Positions 8,985 through 17,874 of a stretch of 64,000 bases of DNA are shown here, one piece after another. Where the stretch lies: positions 1 to 64,000 of the forward strand of contig CALKGR010000001.1 in the NCBI GenBank assembly GCA_938085445.1. The letters run 5' to 3'. The DNA is from an uncultured Rubripirellula sp. GTDB taxonomy: Bacteria > Planctomycetota > Planctomycetia > Pirellulales > Pirellulaceae. The first letter of the stretch is position 1, and every line of letters starts with the position of its first letter. The position numbers and the translations under genes were made by a program. The notes beneath the pieces were generated by a model, which saw nothing but the letters and a program-made list of their open reading frames with translations, did not search any database and had not been told where the DNA came from.

Positions 8985-11378
8985 ATGACCAGCCCAATTG
9001 AACCGCCCGACGCGGAATCGGGGCATGGAAAAGCGGATGGAGCTGGCGGCAATCACGGGAGGAAAGCGACTCCACGCTCCAACAAGTCCCATCAGACTGA
9101 ATTGTTTGAAACGGACATTCCACCATGGGAATTACCGGCAGAATCCTCGATTGCGACTGCAACCATCGTTTTCAGCGAGGCACCACACGGACCGTACGAC
9201 TACCGTATTCCAGACTCCATACGTGAGAAATTAAAAATCGGCATGCGAGTTCATGTCCCACTTGGAAGACGCCGTAAGCCTATCACAGGTTGGTGCACCA
9301 AAATTGATCTTGAGACGAAAGCACAACGATCACTTCGGGACATTTCAGAGATCATTGACGAGGAACCTCTCTGTGACGCTTCGTTGGTACGACTAGTGTT
9401 ATGGATGAGCCACTATTACCAAGCTCCCGCGGGTCAGGTTTTTGACACGCTGATTCCATCAAGCGTTCGCAGCAATGCCGGCACTCGCGAGAAGACCTAC
9501 TTCCGCCCACGCATGGAATCGTTGGATGATGCCACCATTAATGGCCTACCAAAGAAACAGCAGGCCGTTGTACGGCATCTGATCGCTGCTGCCCGACCGT
9601 TAACAGCCGTCCAGCTGATGGCAGAGGCAACATGCACCCAGGACCCAATTCGAAGACTTCACAAGAAAGGACTTCTAAAATCTGAAACTCGTCGGGAAAT
9701 GACCACAGCCAATCCAACACGTTGGCAAGTGAGCGATGGAGAAACAGAGCGATCCTTGACTTTGACTAAGGACCAATCCCACGCGTTGCAGCGAATCACT
9801 GGCGCCGTGGATAGTGGAGAAGGCAAAACGCTGGTGCTGCATGGTGTGACCGGCAGCGGGAAGACTGAGGTTTATATCCGCGCCATCGAGCACCTTGTCC
9901 GATTCGGTCGTGGCGCCATTGTTCTGGTGCCAGAAATTAGCTTGACTCCCCAGACACGCGGTCGTTTTGAACGCCGTTTTCAATCAGTCGCGGTTTTACA
10001 CAGTCAGATGACGCCGGCCGAAAGACATTTTCAATGGCAGAGAATACGAAGCGGTGAAGTTCAGGTCGTGATCGGACCACGCAGTGCCGTATTCGCACCA
10101 CTGCCGCGTTTAGGGCTCATTATCCTTGACGAAGAACACGACTCATCTTTCAAACAAGACACACAGCCAAGATACCACGCCCGCAAGGTTGCTCACGCAC
10201 GTGCGATGTCTTTAGGTATACCACTGGTGCTTGGTTCAGCAACGCCCTCACTTGAGTCATGGCAAGCGACACAAACGGGGCATGCAGAAATGGTCCCGCT
10301 ACCCTCTCGGGTCAATGACCTGCCAATGCCAGACGTCCAATTAGTTGATCTGCGGGTGAAAGATGATAGATCCTCGGGAGCAATCAGCCGCCCGCTGCAC
10401 GCGGCCTTGCAGGAAACACTCAAGGACCATGGACAGACGATTCTACTTCTGAATCGACGCGGTTTTGCGACGACTATTCAGTGCCCCGCATGTGGGGACG
10501 TTGTGGCCTGCCCGGACTGTGACATGCCGCTGACGCACCACCGGGATGGCGGTAAGGCAATCTGTCACTACTGCGATTACACGATCCCCACACCGCCCGC
10601 ATGCCCTGCCTGTCGATTCGACGGAATCCGATATGGTGGACTGGGAACACAACGACTTGAAGCCGAAGTCAAAGCCAAATTTCCCGAGGCACGAATCGCT
10701 CGGATGGACAGTGATACCATGAGGCGTCCCGGAAGCCACCAGAAGGTTCTCACAATGTTTCGACGTGGAGATATCGATATCCTGCTTGGCACACAGATGA
10801 TTGCCAAAGGCCTTGATTTCCCCAACGTGCTATTGGTGGGTGTCATCAATTCAGACAGTGCCCTGCACTTCCCTGACTTCCGAGCCGCTGAACGCACTTT
10901 TCAATTGGTCACACAGGTAGCTGGCCGCACTGGACGAGGAGATCGCAGTGGACGCGTCATCGTTCAAACTTATTCACCTGAACATCCCGCAATCCAAGCT
11001 GCATCGCGTCATGACTATCACCAATTCGCCAAGGATGAAATGGTGGTCAGACGCCGCTTCAGCTATCCGCCCTTGGGAAGCGTAGCAAGGATCATCATCC
11101 GGGGATCAGTCGAAGATGTTACCGAAGCAGTCGCTGATTCGTTGCTCACCCAACTGGATGCTGCTCGCAAACAACTTGGCCACGAAGTTCGAATTCTTGG
11201 GCCAGCGCCACCCCCCATTTCTAAACTGAGGGGTAAGTACCGGTTTCACATTCTGCTGCAGGCCACCAACCCCGCGCACTTGGGCAGCACGATTCGTAAA
11301 GCGGTCGAAGGCTTTACAATTGCCGACAAAGATGACGTTCAATATGTCATCGATATCGACCCCATGGACATGCTCTAA
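8985..11378 (+). CDS. priA: Primosomal protein N' (replication restart helicase)
   Basis: GVTGSGKTEVY, LVPEISLTPQ, DEEHD, GSATPS, CxxC zinc motifs, GTQMIAKGLDFP, QVAGRTGR, DIDP; exact start uncertain (8922-8985). Confidence 0.96.
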   Translation: MTSPIEPPDAESGHGKADGAGGNHGRKATPRSNKSHQTELFETDIPPWELPAESSIATATIVFSEAPHGPYDYRIPDSIREKLKIGMRVHVPLGRRRKPITGWCTKIDLETKAQRSLRDISEIIDEEPLCDASLVRLVLWMSHYYQAPAGQVFDTLIPSSVRSNAGTREKTYFRPRMESLDDATINGLPKKQQAVVRHLIAAARPLTAVQLMAEATCTQDPIRRLHKKGLLKSETRREMTTANPTRWQVSDGETERSLTLTKDQSHALQRITGAVDSGEGKTLVLHGVTGSGKTEVYIRAIEHLVRFGRGAIVLVPEISLTPQTRGRFERRFQSVAVLHSQMTPAERHFQWQRIRSGEVQVVIGPRSAVFAPLPRLGLIILDEEHDSSFKQDTQPRYHARKVAHARAMSLGIPLVLGSATPSLESWQATQTGHAEMVPLPSRVNDLPMPDVQLVDLRVKDDRSSGAISRPLHAALQETLKDHGQTILLLNRRGFATTIQCPACGDVVACPDCDMPLTHHRDGGKAICHYCDYTIPTPPACPACRFDGIRYGGLGTQRLEAEVKAKFPEARIARMDSDTMRRPGSHQKVLTMFRRGDIDILLGTQMIAKGLDFPNVLLVGVINSDSALHFPDFRAAERTFQLVTQVAGRTGRGDRSGRVIVQTYSPEHPAIQAASRHDYHQFAKDEMVVRRRFSYPPLGSVARIIIRGSVEDVTEAVADSLLTQLDAARKQLGHEVRILGPAPPPISKLRGKYRFHILLQATNPAHLGSTIRKAVEGFTIADKDDVQYVIDIDPMDML

Positions 11379-11493
11379 AACACGGATGCTTGGATGCATT
11401 GGCGTTAACTGCTACGCCAGAGGTGTCTGAGTTAAAAAGCAACTCGCGTACACCGTCACATTACCTCTCGCGTTTTACCACCGACCAGCATTA

Positions 11494-12138
11494 TCAAGGC
11501 GATAGACGCAACAACTGCCATTGCTCAGCATCCCAACGATAGCAGATCCGATCATGCAGTCGCCCGGGCCTGCCCTGCCAGAACTCAAAAGTGGTAGGTT
11601 GCACTTCATATCCTCCCCAATGATCAGGACATGGGATTTCTTGCTGGTCGTACTTGGATTCGAGCGCCGTGAACTGTTCCTCAAGCACTCGGCCTGAATC
11701 GATCACTGAGGACTGTCGGCTCACATGCGCTCCTAACTGACTTTCTCGGGGGCGACTATGAAAGTAGTGCACCGACTTGCTGCGATCTGATTTCCTGGCA
11801 ATCCCCTGAATCCTCACCTGACGCTGCAAATGCCCCCACAGGAAACAGAGCGAAACGTGGGGATTCTCAGCAATTTGTTTCCCCTTCTCGGACTCATAGT
11901 TCGTGTAGAAGCAAAGGCGTCCACCTTCAATCCCTTTTAACAAGACGATTCTTGAGGTCACTTTTCCTTCAGTATCCGCAGTTGCCAATGTCATGGCATT
12001 GACTTCCATCCAGTCTGGCAAATCAGGCTGCTGGGCTTCCTCAAACCAACGCTGGAACTGAACCATTGGATCAGCATCAACGTCACGTTTTGCAAGGCCC
12101 GCCATGGAATAGCTCTTACGCATTTCGTGTATGGACAT
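11494..12138 (-). CDS. pdxH: Pyridoxamine 5'-phosphate oxidase
   Basis: NAMTLAT, SRIVLLK, YTNYESEKG, RQVRI, SRP, WGGY, EFWQGRPGRLHDR, RLSP. Confidence 0.96.
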   Translation of the reverse strand: MSIHEMRKSYSMAGLAKRDVDADPMVQFQRWFEEAQQPDLPDWMEVNAMTLATADTEGKVTSRIVLLKGIEGGRLCFYTNYESEKGKQIAENPHVSLCFLWGHLQRQVRIQGIARKSDRSKSVHYFHSRPRESQLGAHVSRQSSVIDSGRVLEEQFTALESKYDQQEIPCPDHWGGYEVQPTTFEFWQGRPGRLHDRICYRWDAEQWQLLRLSP

Positions 12139-12209
12139 GCCTGTATCAAGCTCTGAGAAAGGAGAATTGAGGAAATTTCGGAAACACGCTCGTAAATAGC
12201 GCCAATGTT

Positions 12210-12224
12210 TGGCGCGCCACTTGC
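12210..12224 (+). promoter_or_regulatory. Candidate sigma-54 (-24/-12) promoter upstream of the YqgE/AlgH gene
   Basis: TGGCGCG-CCAC-TTGC has the exact GG-N10-GC spacing and one mismatch to TGGCACG-N4-TTGC; lies about 55 bp before the ATG. Confidence 0.45.
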
Positions 12225-12277
12225 CCAGTTATAAGCAAGCGGGGTTTTTACTGCCAACCTGACAGCATCGATGAACC

Positions 12278-12940
12278 ATGGAGCACCGAATGAGGGAATC
12301 GTACCTTGGCCAGTTATTGGTCGCGTCCAGCACCACTACCGACCCAATGTACGCCAACGGGGTCTGTCTGATCGTCCACGCCGATGAGACCCGTGTGATC
12401 GGTGTCATGCTTAACCGCCCAATCGAGCCGAACCCCGAAGCGTTCGATGCCATTCTCGGTGAGACCTACTCCGAGAAAACAGCCAAACAACCACGCCGAT
12501 TCTCAACACATGCTTCAAAAACAGAAGAAAGTGAGACCAATTCTCCTTGTGAGGATTTGAAGCTACCCCTGCCTTCAAGATCACTGCACTTCGGAGGTCC
12601 CTTGTCAGGACCGATTGTCGCACTTCACCAAATCCGCGATTACGCAGAAGCCGAAACAGGTGATGGGATCTACGTTGCCGCACAAAAGCAACATCTCGTT
12701 GACCTGATCCGTGATGAGAATGAACCATTTCGACTAATTGTCGGTCATCTGGGATGGAATACCGAAGACCTCAATGCAGAAATTACTGACGGCAATTGGC
12801 ACGTTTTACCGGCCAATGTCGACGATGTTTTTTCGTCAGCGAGCGACATGTGGTCCTGTGTCATTCGCCGAGCAACTAATTCATCGCTTGCGAAGTGGAT
12901 TGGTCTCCCTGATGCAAACGCGGTTGGAGAGTTAAACTAA
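12278..12940 (+). CDS. YqgE/AlgH (DUF179) family protein
   Basis: GQLLVAS, GVMLNRP, FGGP, GHLGW...L..EI..GNW pattern. Confidence 0.85.
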   Translation: MEHRMRESYLGQLLVASSTTTDPMYANGVCLIVHADETRVIGVMLNRPIEPNPEAFDAILGETYSEKTAKQPRRFSTHASKTEESETNSPCEDLKLPLPSRSLHFGGPLSGPIVALHQIRDYAEAETGDGIYVAAQKQHLVDLIRDENEPFRLIVGHLGWNTEDLNAEITDGNWHVLPANVDDVFSSASDMWSCVIRRATNSSLAKWIGLPDANAVGELN

Positions 12941-13054
12941 GGTGGTGCGTTCCGTATGACTTGTCAATGGATACTCCATCCCAGTACGACGACATCCATT
13001 TCCGGCACACTCACTCGCTACGAATTTCAGCAATCCAGCAGCAAGAGCTAAACC

Positions 13055-13444
13055 GTGGACGACCCCGACCAAGAAGATGGGATCAAGAAAAAGTTTCGCA
13101 TTCAAAGGCGACGACTTGGCAAGATCATGTTCATCGAAAAAGAAGGCACTTACGGTTTCATCCAAGCCGAAGACTTCACTGATGACGTGTTTTTTCATTC
13201 CGTCGACTGGGATGGAAATGTCGTCAAGAACGGTGTCACACGGAAAGTTGCCCCAGAAGTCGAGTTGTGGGTCGAGTTTGAACTCGATGACGAACATCGC
13301 GAGACCCACGATCGCCTGAGAGCCAAAGTGGTTCGCCCAACAACACGCCCTACAGGACGCAAACTGTCAGGTCGCGACGCGACTTTTCGGATCATAACAC
13401 ATCACCCTAACGCACGGCGAAAGCGACCCAATTGGCGTAAGTAG
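13055..13444 (+). CDS. Cold-shock-domain (OB-fold) protein with basic C-terminal tail
   Basis: RNP1-like YGFI, RNP2-like DVFFH, VEFEL...RAKVVR; GTG start. Confidence 0.75.
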   Translation: MDDPDQEDGIKKKFRIQRRRLGKIMFIEKEGTYGFIQAEDFTDDVFFHSVDWDGNVVKNGVTRKVAPEVELWVEFELDDEHRETHDRLRAKVVRPTTRPTGRKLSGRDATFRIITHHPNARRKRPNWRK

Positions 13445-13499
13445 TGGTAACGAACGGCAAGTGATGGAAACTTCGCCCCGGATCATCACGTGAATTATC

Positions 13500-15497
13500 T
13501 CACTTTGGTGCTTTGCTACCTTTCTTCCTGGCTGCAATCACCTTCGCCTCAAGATCCCGAACAAGCTTGCCATTGATGTGCGTTGTCAAGAGTTCTCGAG
13601 TGACGCCAAACATTTGGTCGACCTTCGCCCGCTGATTCGCACTGCGAGCTAGCAGGTTGTTGAAGTAGGTCTGCCGCTTGCCCATATCATTGGCAAGTTG
13701 TTCGTTACTGGGTTGGTTTCGAAGGGCTTCCATCAGCGCTTGGGCTTTATCAAATTCTTCACGTTCCAGCCGCAATTCAATCCGGGCCTCAAATAATGCC
13801 CGGACGGCAACGAGGTCGATAATCGCGTTCTGCACACCACGAATATAAGCTTCTGCTTGCAGTCGTGTGTCATCACCCGACAAGTCTGCCACATCGAACT
13901 CATGCAAACCGGGGACGATCGGCAAGCGAGCGAGGACAGCACCACCATTCTTGACATACAACAATCGGAAGGGGTCTTTGGTGGGCTCGATTCTCATACG
14001 TCCGTCCCAGTCTGTTCGCCCGATGAAGGTCATTTTTGTCGACTTCAATTCCTTCTCATACAATTCATATCCAATCATTGGTGTGCTTGGATCGCGTTGC
14101 AAATGGAGACGCACCGTCGATGCTTCTTCAAACGGACGGACCTTCAAAGCCATCCTGAATGTTCGCTTGTTCTTCCTTCCCTGCAGACCACCGGCACGCC
14201 CTGAATAAAAATCCATTTTCACATTGCGACCCTCAAATCCTGTCACATTCAAGAAGGCCCAATCGATGGGTCCAATCACAAATGGCCTTCCATTACGATC
14301 ATTTTTTCGCGTCATCGGTTCAAGAACATCGCCAACTTTCAACTTAGCTGGTGAATTTTCATCCATGATCAAACCGCTTGCTCTCAACAAGCCAGTAGCA
14401 CTGCGTGCACCGGCGTTATCCACCCGAACAACCGGCGCGAAGGCCCGCGTAATTGTCTTGCCGATCGTGGTTGGCAAAGTATGCCGCGTCCCACCCTCAG
14501 TTTCTGCAACCGGGCCAAAATGCTGCATCAACGTATCCATCTCAACCACGCTTACTTTTGTCGGTACTTCGTTGGCCTGCAACTTGACAATGAAAATCTT
14601 GTCATAAGCGTCCACAGCTCGACTCACCAAATTCGCTAATTTCGGGAGAATTACCTTCGCCTCAGGTTCATCCAAAGCTCGTGCGGTGCCACGAGAAACC
14701 AGGACCGCTTCGGTTTTTTCTTCAGCCCAGAGTTCACTCACTGCAACAGCATCACCATCAACGACTGTCAGCTTGGGACCCACACCAGAAACAGTCTTGT
14801 CCCCAAGAAGAGCAGAGCGTTGCTTTACTTCCTGAATACGCCCACCGGTTCCATAAATTTTTTCAACGTATTGAGCGACATTCTCAGCGACGCGAATACG
14901 TATGGCATCCTTGTGATCACGCTTCACAGCCAACACCGGGTCCGCTGCCGTAATCGTGTCGTAGTCCATGCCAGCCATGTTTCGCTGAGCTGCAGTCGCC
15001 ACCGCGCGAGGTGCCTTGGCAATCGTGACTCGCCAGATTGCTGAATAGTCACGATCCAGAAACTTGCGAAGAGGCTGTTCAATAGTCGAAACTGAAATTT
15101 CCGGGCTGTCAGAAACGAGCCAAATCAAAACTTTGTATGGTGAATAGTCCCATGGAAGCTCCTGCTCAGCAGACTTGTTGAGCTTCTTGTAGTTTTCAAT
15201 TGCAACCTTGACTGCATCGGGATCAACCTCAGCCACCTCACCGCTGTTACCGTCACTGGATTCGCCAGCTGCTCCTAACGTTCCGGCATTTTCCGCTGCG
15301 GCGGCACTGTCGGTTGCAGCGTCAACTATCGAGTCTGGCTTCTCACCTGCCTGGTCAGCACCGGCCGCCTGGTCAGCACCGGATGCCTGGTCAGCACCGG
15401 GCGCAGCCTGCATCGCAAACACGACACTGCGCCAACCGACGTTGTGATCGACGGCGACGACTAAAAAAACGATTATCAATAATTTAAAGCGCATCAT
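13500..15497 (-). CDS. Exported hypothetical protein (last gene of the exbB/exbD cluster)
   Basis: About 665 aa; N-terminal hydrophobic signal MMRFKLLIIVFLVVA; ATGA overlap with the upstream stop codon. Confidence 0.8.
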   Translation of the reverse strand: MMRFKLLIIVFLVVAVDHNVGWRSVVFAMQAAPGADQASGADQAAGADQAGEKPDSIVDAATDSAAAAENAGTLGAAGESSDGNSGEVAEVDPDAVKVAIENYKKLNKSAEQELPWDYSPYKVLIWLVSDSPEISVSTIEQPLRKFLDRDYSAIWRVTIAKAPRAVATAAQRNMAGMDYDTITAADPVLAVKRDHKDAIRIRVAENVAQYVEKIYGTGGRIQEVKQRSALLGDKTVSGVGPKLTVVDGDAVAVSELWAEEKTEAVLVSRGTARALDEPEAKVILPKLANLVSRAVDAYDKIFIVKLQANEVPTKVSVVEMDTLMQHFGPVAETEGGTRHTLPTTIGKTITRAFAPVVRVDNAGARSATGLLRASGLIMDENSPAKLKVGDVLEPMTRKNDRNGRPFVIGPIDWAFLNVTGFEGRNVKMDFYSGRAGGLQGRKNKRTFRMALKVRPFEEASTVRLHLQRDPSTPMIGYELYEKELKSTKMTFIGRTDWDGRMRIEPTKDPFRLLYVKNGGAVLARLPIVPGLHEFDVADLSGDDTRLQAEAYIRGVQNAIIDLVAVRALFEARIELRLEREEFDKAQALMEALRNQPSNEQLANDMGKRQTYFNNLLARSANQRAKVDQMFGVTRELLTTHINGKLVRDLEAKVIAARKKGSKAPK
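15349..15400 (-). repeat. 3x 18-bp tandem repeat encoding (GADQAx)3
   Basis: GCCTGGTCAGCACCGG occurs at 15349, 15367 and 15385. Confidence 0.9.
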
Positions 15498-17833
15498 TGT
15501 CCCAGCCGCCAATTTCCCGCGTTCTGATAAAGCGAAACGATGTCAGATCCCATCCCCACCAATTCCCGCCGATAAGCATACGACTCGACCATTTGCCACA
15601 GAGGCAAGACGGGAAGTTCGTGGTGGGTTATCGAATGAAGATCCAAGAGTTTGTCCCGCACTTCACGCCAATTTTTGGCATGCTCAAGTTGTCTTAAACC
15701 GAGTCCCACAAGTTGGTCTTGGCTGCCGGCAAGACCCTCAGGGCCAAGCACACGCCGCGCATCAATGATCGGCTCCCAAACCGCTGCGGAAACGTAAACG
15801 ATATCGGCTATATCCTCGTCCGGTTTCGGAAAAGTTCTGCCCACAGGGAGCTGGACCAACTCAACCTCCAATCCCAGCAGTTTCCACTGAGTACTGATTG
15901 CTTCACATGCAACCCGCGACAGATTGTCAGGAGGAAAGGCCAACCGAATCGGTTTCAAGTCAGGCATTTCCAGTTTCTTGCGGGCTGCCATTGCCTTCAT
16001 CTGATTTGTATTCATTGCCAGAAGAAGCTTTGCCAACGGCGGTTCATAGGGCCTTGGCTCGATATTTTCATCATAGCCATATCCCAATGGATCATTGAGT
16101 TCGATGCCGGCGGGAAATGGACCTGAAAGCACGCGACAGCCTTCAAACTCGAGCCCTTCCAGCAGTTCGCCCTTTAAGATGTCCTCTCGGTTTATCCCAT
16201 AAAGCAAAGCACGTCGAAATGTTCTTTCTGCCATATAAGCGTGATCTGAACACGGCACCAACATGTGAACGGTGGGCAATGGGTAGTTTGCGACCTTGAT
16301 TGACTTGCTACGCTGCAGCCTGACAGCATCAGCAGGGAACAGTTGATCCAGAACATCGACTTCACCTTGAAGAAGAAGACTCACGGCGTCTGCGGCGGAA
16401 GCACACCGCACTTCCACGATTTCACGGGGCTGCGTCTCTGTTTTTGGGGCTCCCGAGAGCACGTACCGGACTTCGTCGTCGTCGACTTCCTTTCGACGAT
16501 AATCACCGGTGGGTGAAAGTGGCTTGTCACCAAACCAACTGCCATCGACCGGTATTTGAAGCAAGCTGGTCGGCAACACATTGGGGCGGCGCAAATTGAA
16601 GGAGACCTGTTTCGGGCCTTCCAAGCCGATCGAATCGACAGCCGCAGCCCACGGTGAAAAATAATCACTCGAACTCGACTGCGCTCTTTTAGCCATCACA
16701 TCCGCTAAGAATGGACCACTCACCTTATCCAAAGGTGGTTGCAATTTTTCAGGCTCAAGCAGCAGATCAAAGTGCATACGATCCGGGCTCATTTCGACAT
16801 CTCCAAAGATGAAGTCATACTCTCCACCTTCGGGCCCAGGGCCCTCCATTTCAAATAGCGTTCGATACAACAAACGCCCTGACCTTCGAGCGCCCCAGTT
16901 ATCCAGTCGCGTTGGCTCCAGTACGGTGGCCGTCTGAAGGACTCCAACATTGATCAACGGATAGATCCGATCAACCAACTTAACGAGCTCAGTTCCACCT
17001 GGAATATCTGGCTTTAAATACACACTTTCACGCGAGAGCTTACGTGCAGCACGATAGTCTTTGGCTTCTAACGCAACCTTGGCTTCGTTCTGTTTGATAG
17101 TCGCCATCCGCAGGAATTCAGCATTCCATTTTTTGATTGATTGCAAATTATCATTCGCATAATCTTTCTCGAGACGAGCCAGCATTTTCTGAGCCAGATC
17201 CAAATCGCCATCATCCATCAATTGTTGCATCAACTGATCAGTCGTTCGCCCGATTGCATCGATTACCAACGACCGCTTGTATTCGGGCGCGTATCGTCTT
17301 AATTCCTCCAGCATTGCCAAGGTCGGAGCCAACTCTTTTCGTTTTGCCCTCGCAATAGCATCCTTCCAAAGAAACTCGCATCTTAACTCTCGCAATCCGG
17401 CCCGATTCGGAAAGTCTCGAATCAGGACAGACATGAAGGGGTACGCACCTTTGAAGTCACCACGCGAGATCCTTTCTTTCGTCTCCCGCTCAAGTCGTGT
17501 TTCCCAAAAATCGATCTCCTTGATATCAGACCATTTAGCGGTGAAATCTTTTCCCTCAATACCCAGGACATTGAGCTTCAACGAGCCACTTCTATCGGCA
17601 GGCATGGTTCTGCCCGGCAACTGCAATAAGAGCGTCTTGGCCCAACCACCCCCTGCTTTTTCAGTAAAAAAAAGAAGATCATGCGGTTCTTCCTGCAAGA
17701 GTTCGAGCCCGGGATCACCGGGAACGCCCTGCTGCGCAAAATTGAGTAACTGAGCATCCGCAGGCCGAACGCTGAGTGACATAGTCAGACAAATGACCAG
17801 CAGACAAAGCAAACTTGTAATTCGTATGCTCAT
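15494..17833 (-). CDS. Family-5 (OppA/DppA-like) solute-binding protein with N-terminal helical extension
   Basis: Signal peptide ending ADA; C-terminal half has PTGDY, AVSLLLQGEVDV, FRRALLYGINREDI, AKLLL, HHELPVLPLWQ. Confidence 0.75.
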   Translation of the reverse strand: MSIRITSLLCLLVICLTMSLSVRPADAQLLNFAQQGVPGDPGLELLQEEPHDLLFFTEKAGGGWAKTLLLQLPGRTMPADRSGSLKLNVLGIEGKDFTAKWSDIKEIDFWETRLERETKERISRGDFKGAYPFMSVLIRDFPNRAGLRELRCEFLWKDAIARAKRKELAPTLAMLEELRRYAPEYKRSLVIDAIGRTTDQLMQQLMDDGDLDLAQKMLARLEKDYANDNLQSIKKWNAEFLRMATIKQNEAKVALEAKDYRAARKLSRESVYLKPDIPGGTELVKLVDRIYPLINVGVLQTATVLEPTRLDNWGARRSGRLLYRTLFEMEGPGPEGGEYDFIFGDVEMSPDRMHFDLLLEPEKLQPPLDKVSGPFLADVMAKRAQSSSSDYFSPWAAAVDSIGLEGPKQVSFNLRRPNVLPTSLLQIPVDGSWFGDKPLSPTGDYRRKEVDDDEVRYVLSGAPKTETQPREIVEVRCASAADAVSLLLQGEVDVLDQLFPADAVRLQRSKSIKVANYPLPTVHMLVPCSDHAYMAERTFRRALLYGINREDILKGELLEGLEFEGCRVLSGPFPAGIELNDPLGYGYDENIEPRPYEPPLAKLLLAMNTNQMKAMAARKKLEMPDLKPIRLAFPPDNLSRVACEAISTQWKLLGLEVELVQLPVGRTFPKPDEDIADIVYVSAAVWEPIIDARRVLGPEGLAGSQDQLVGLGLRQLEHAKNWREVRDKLLDLHSITHHELPVLPLWQMVESYAYRRELVGMGSDIVSLYQNAGNWRLGQ

Positions 17834-17874
17834 TGAAGTGTTCCAACTGAACAATGGGAAAGGTGTGGACTCAA

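Noticed and set aside
15349..15400. Short direct repeats as a mini-CRISPR
   Set aside because: Spacers are only 2 bp, the repeat is in-frame coding sequence, and no cas genes are present.
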